Below the pieces are notes generated by a model. The model saw only the letters and a program-made list of their open reading frames with translations, ran no database searches and had not been told where the DNA came from. From the IMG/VR virus record IMGVR_UViG_3300028591_000096: a DNA stretch of 64,000 nucleotides; one strand, given 5' to 3'. A program made the position numbers and the translations under genes. The DNA comes from a virus. Its lineage: Duplodnaviria > Caudoviricetes. Below, piece after piece: positions 58,518 to 64,000 of the stretch (the stretch's first letter is position 1; each line of letters begins with the position of its first letter).

Positions 58518-58754
58518 CTAGTCTTTAAAAACACCAGTCATACACCCCCAGCAAACATCACTAAGTCCTTTTGTTGTATATCCTGGTTTGAATCCATATG
58601 ATGTGGATGCTTGAAAACATTTGCTTGAATTATATTTCTTGTCTAGTTCATTTCTCATACTAGCATAACTTCCAGGTTGATTTGGGTTAAGGTTTCCCTG
58701 TGGGACCATTTTACCACAATTAACATCAACAAGTTTCATATCGTTGTTTTTCAT
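58518..58754 (-). CDS. Small Cys-containing late protein
   Basis: 78 aa; AGATAAATA at 58777-58785. Confidence 0.6.
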   Translation of the reverse strand: MKNNDMKLVDVNCGKMVPQGNLNPNQPGSYASMRNELDKKYNSSKCFQASTSYGFKPGYTTKGLSDVCWGCMTGVFKD

Positions 58755-58776
58755 TTGTCAACATATAGTTTTTTAT

Positions 58777-58827
58777 TATTTATCTTAAACGTATTTCCGA
58801 ATTGCAAAATAAGTTGTATATTTGCAA
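58777..58827. promoter_or_regulatory. Divergent promoters: late AGATAAATA (minus, 58777-58785) and host-type GTTGTATATTTGCAA (plus, 58813-58827)
   Basis: Both motifs are exact copies. Confidence 0.7.
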
Positions 58828-58879
58828 CATGATAAAATATTTTAATAAATAACTCACGCATAAAATAAAAAATAAAAGG

Positions 58880-60055
58880 ATGAGTTTTTTAAATAACAAA
58901 TGGTTTAGAGCTGCTATACCAGCATTATTTATACATGCTTGTATAGGCAGCGTTTATTGCTGGAGTCTACTAAAGGGAGAAATGGCTTCAGACATAGGAT
59001 GTTCTGTATCGTCAATAGAGTTTGCATTCTCTCTTGCTATTTTCTTTCTTGGCATGTCAGCAGCATTTGGTGGAGGATTTGTAGAAAGAAATGTAAAATT
59101 TGCATCGGTTACATCTCTTGCATGTTTTGTTTCTGGTTTGTTAGGATCCGTTCTATCAATAAAATTACATAGTTCAACTGGACTTATGTTAAGTTATGGG
59201 TGTCTTATGGGTATAGGACTAGGTATAGGATATCTTTCACCAGTAAAGACATTAATGCTATGGTTTAGTGAACATAAAGGATTAGCAACTGGTATAGCTA
59301 TATCTGGTTTTGGTTTATCAAAGGTTCTATTTTCTCCGTTTATTACATGGTGTAATGGTGCTTATTGTGTATGTACAACATTATCGTTAATGGCTGCAAT
59401 ATCTGTTGTTTTGATGTCTGTTGCAGCATATTTGATTAGAAAACCAGATGGATGGGTTGAACCAAAAACAAAACTCAGTATATCAGAGAGCTGGCATATA
59501 ATAAAAGATCTAACATACTTAAAAATATGGTTTATATTCTATATTAACATTACATGTGGTCTTGCTCTTATTTCGTTTGAAAAAAATTTAGGATTATCTG
59601 TTGGTATAGCTAGTGTAGGATTATTAGCGTCATTGACAGCGTTATTTAATACATTTGGAAGATTTTGTTATTCTACAGTATCAGATTATCTGAAGAAGAA
59701 AGAAATTATATATATGATTATTTTTGGATCTTCTGCTATATCAATAATACTTGGTATGTCTCTTATGACAATGCTTCCTATTGTAATTTTACTTTGTGTT
59801 ATCAATGCTGGTTATGGTGGAGGATTTTCTACTCTTCCAACGTTGCTTCAGAGTAAATTTGGAATGGAAAAGATAAGCACTATACATGGTTTTGCTCTAT
59901 CTGCATGGGCTTGGGCTGGATTATCTGGAAATCAGTTATCAAATTTAATAATAAACAGAATGAATCTTTCATATGAATATCTGTTTGTTGTTCTTCTTGT
60001 TTTGTATGTAACAAGTTTTATTGTAACTCTTAATCTTAAAAAGTCTTTACATTAA
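58880..60055 (+). CDS. MFS transporter, OFA (oxalate:formate antiporter) family
   Basis: About 12 TM helices; IGSVYCWS, GIGLGIGY..PV...WF...KGLATG..I.GFG, GYGGGF and IHG..LSAW motifs. Confidence 0.9.
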   Translation: MSFLNNKWFRAAIPALFIHACIGSVYCWSLLKGEMASDIGCSVSSIEFAFSLAIFFLGMSAAFGGGFVERNVKFASVTSLACFVSGLLGSVLSIKLHSSTGLMLSYGCLMGIGLGIGYLSPVKTLMLWFSEHKGLATGIAISGFGLSKVLFSPFITWCNGAYCVCTTLSLMAAISVVLMSVAAYLIRKPDGWVEPKTKLSISESWHIIKDLTYLKIWFIFYINITCGLALISFEKNLGLSVGIASVGLLASLTALFNTFGRFCYSTVSDYLKKKEIIYMIIFGSSAISIILGMSLMTMLPIVILLCVINAGYGGGFSTLPTLLQSKFGMEKISTIHGFALSAWAWAGLSGNQLSNLIINRMNLSYEYLFVVLLVLYVTSFIVTLNLKKSLH

Positions 60056-62230
<2,175 letters not shown>

Positions 62231-62304
62231 TTATCATATAATACATTAAACGATGGATTGATCAAAAAATAAAAAAGATAGATCCTTTCTTATTTGGATT
62301 AAAA

Positions 62305-62319
62305 GTTGTATATTTGCAA
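62305..62319 (+). promoter_or_regulatory. Bacteroidota-type promoter element GTTGTATATTTGCAA
   Basis: Third exact copy, 4 bp before the helicase ATG. Confidence 0.7.
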
Positions 62320-62323
62320 CAGA

Positions 62324-64000
62324 ATGAATATAAATAAGCCAAAATCTCCAGGAATAGAAAAGATCAATGAACAAATTGATATTGTTGCTATGGAATCTTT
62401 CGGTCCAACTTTTAAATTTAGACCAAATCAGAAAGAAGCTGTAGCAACAACTATTGATAATTGGTTAAATGGTGTTGATAATGTTATTATATCAGCACCT
62501 ACTGGATCTGGTAAAAGTATTACAGCATTAACCATAGCTGGAGTTCTTACAAAATTCTATGATATGACTGGATATATTTTAGCATCAGATTTGAACCTTA
62601 TAGATCAATATTCAAGAGACGTTGAAAAATATTTTCCAAATTGGAGTGTCATAAAAGGACAACAGAATTATCAATGTATAGTTAATGGCTTTAATTTTAG
62701 TTCTGGTGCATGTAAGCTTAAAGGGTGTAAATCTTATGGAGATATTAAGAAAAAGTTTCCAGAGTGTTATTCAGAATGCCCGTATATAAAGGAAAGAGAA
62801 AAGGCAATGCATGCAGATCTATTGGTTTGTACTTACTCATTTTGGTTAATTCAACAAAACATTGTAAAGAAATTATTAGGTGAACAAGCACCATTTACAG
62901 AAAGAAATTTTACAATATGTGATGAGGCTCATAAACTTGTTGGAATAGTACAAAATCATTTTTCTCCAGCTATGAAACCTGATGATATAGGTAAAATGAA
63001 AAATATAGCTGAATTCGGACTTGATAACGACACGATTGTTGATGAAATTGAAGTAATTAGAAGAAAAATTGTTTCATCGTCAGACAATTCGTCTATTCTT
63101 GAATATCTTGAAGAATACAACGGAAAGATGAAGGTTATAAGTGATGGTATAGATACTATCAAACGAGATATTTCCGTAAAAACAGATAACAATGAACCTT
63201 TATCTAAAGAAGATAGAACTTCTGTGTATAATTGCGAATTTTTAGAAAATCATATTAGTTCTTTTTCTGATTATGTCGAAATAATAAAGAGTGTTGGTAT
63301 ACACAACATGGTAAAGAATTATGATGATCTTAGTCCAGATAATATAACATTTAATTGTATTGATGAATCTTATCTTATGAATAAGCATTTTCATACTCAT
63401 TGTAAGAATAAGATGTATATGTCTGCTACAATCGGTGAAGCTGATGCCTTTGCTAAAGACTGTTCATTTTCTGTGTACGATTCAATAGAAATACCATCCA
63501 CTTTTGATTTTACATACTCTCCTATATTTTATATTCCAGATTACAGATTATCATATAAAGAGAAAGAACAAAATTTACCAAAAGTTGCAGAGTTAATTGA
63601 AGCCACGATAAATATGTACGCTGGTAAGAGAGGTATAATTCAAACTGGAAGTTATCAGTTTGCGAAGCAACTTATAGATTATGTTGGACCAAATGTAAGA
63701 CAAAGACTGATATTATATGATGACACGAAAGGGAAAACAGAAGCTATAGAATATTTCAAATATTGCAATGACAAGGTTCTTGTTGGTCCAAGTCTTATAG
63801 AAGGTTTATCGTTTGATGATGATCTTTGTAGATTTCAAATAATAATGAAGGTCCCATATCCAAGCTTGGCTGATAAATTTGTAAAAGCTAAAAAAGATAT
63901 TAATCCTTCGTGGTATAGTAATACTACAGCCATATCTATTCTTCAGGGTGTAGGTAGAGGAATAAGAAATGAACACGATTGGTGTGTAACTTTTATATTT
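62324..64000 (+). CDS. DinG/YoaA-family helicase; runs off the right edge
   Basis: Manual translation: FRPNQ, APTGSGKS, Cys cluster, CDEAH, MSAT, KVPYP, QGVGRGIR...DW. Absent from the track because there is no in-window stop. Confidence 0.9.
   Translation, partial: MNINKPKSPGIEKINEQIDIVAMESFGPTFKFRPNQKEAVATTIDNWLNGVDNVIISAPTGSGKSITALTIAGVLTKFYDMTGYILASDLNLIDQYSRDVEKYFPNWSVIKGQQNYQCIVNGFNFSSGACKLKGCKSYGDIKKKFPECYSECPYIKEREKAMHADLLVCTYSFWLIQQNIVKKLLGEQAPFTERNFTICDEAHKLVGIVQNHFSPAMKPDDIGKMKNIAEFGLDNDTIVDEIEVIRRKIVSSSDNSSILEYLEEYNGKMKVISDGIDTIKRDISVKTDNNEPLSKEDRTSVYNCEFLENHISSFSDYVEIIKSVGIHNMVKNYDDLSPDNITFNCIDESYLMNKHFHTHCKNKMYMSATIGEADAFAKDCSFSVYDSIEIPSTFDFTYSPIFYIPDYRLSYKEKEQNLPKVAELIEATINMYAGKRGIIQTGSYQFAKQLIDYVGPNVRQRLILYDDTKGKTEAIEYFKYCNDKVLVGPSLIEGLSFDDDLCRFQIIMKVPYPSLADKFVKAKKDINPSWYSNTTAISILQGVGRGIRNEHDWCVTFIF

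Overview
This is a 64 kb segment of an AT-rich, T4-like jumbo myophage genome read in the standard genetic code. The host is probably a Bacteroidota bacterium: there are three exact copies of a TAnnTTTG-type host promoter, A-rich ribosome-binding regions with no obvious Shine-Dalgarno sequence, and a BACON-like domain in a fibre protein. A Lak-like lineage is possible but not demonstrated. The left 52 kb is mostly minus-strand late and structural genes: a MoxR-type AAA+/HEXXH peptidase/vWA operon, a gp55-like late sigma factor, a 1532-aa probable head core protein, gp15-, gp3-, gp26-, gp5-, gp27-, gp53-, gp48- and gp14-like neck, tail and baseplate genes, and fibre-like genes. A plus-strand island within it carries UvsW, a Dps-like protein and two glycosyltransferases. 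The right 12 kb encodes UvsX/RecA, UvsY, gp4, gp2, portal gp20, a GH73 hydrolase, an OFA-type MFS transporter, an NAD-dependent ligase and a DinG-type helicase. The most notable observations are: (1) RecA/UvsX is split into two genes joined by a naturally split intein with no homing endonuclease between them; (2) a late AAA+/peptidase/vWA system that may be packaged in the head; (3) a candidate +1 programmed frameshift joining a gp26-like chaperone to the next ORF; (4) three promoter classes that suggest a transcription cascade, including a fixed-spacing TTAATC-N18-TATAAT motif; (5) D-[SA]-S enrichment in tail proteins next to two glycosyltransferases. All protein family calls come from motif recognition by eye, not database searches.
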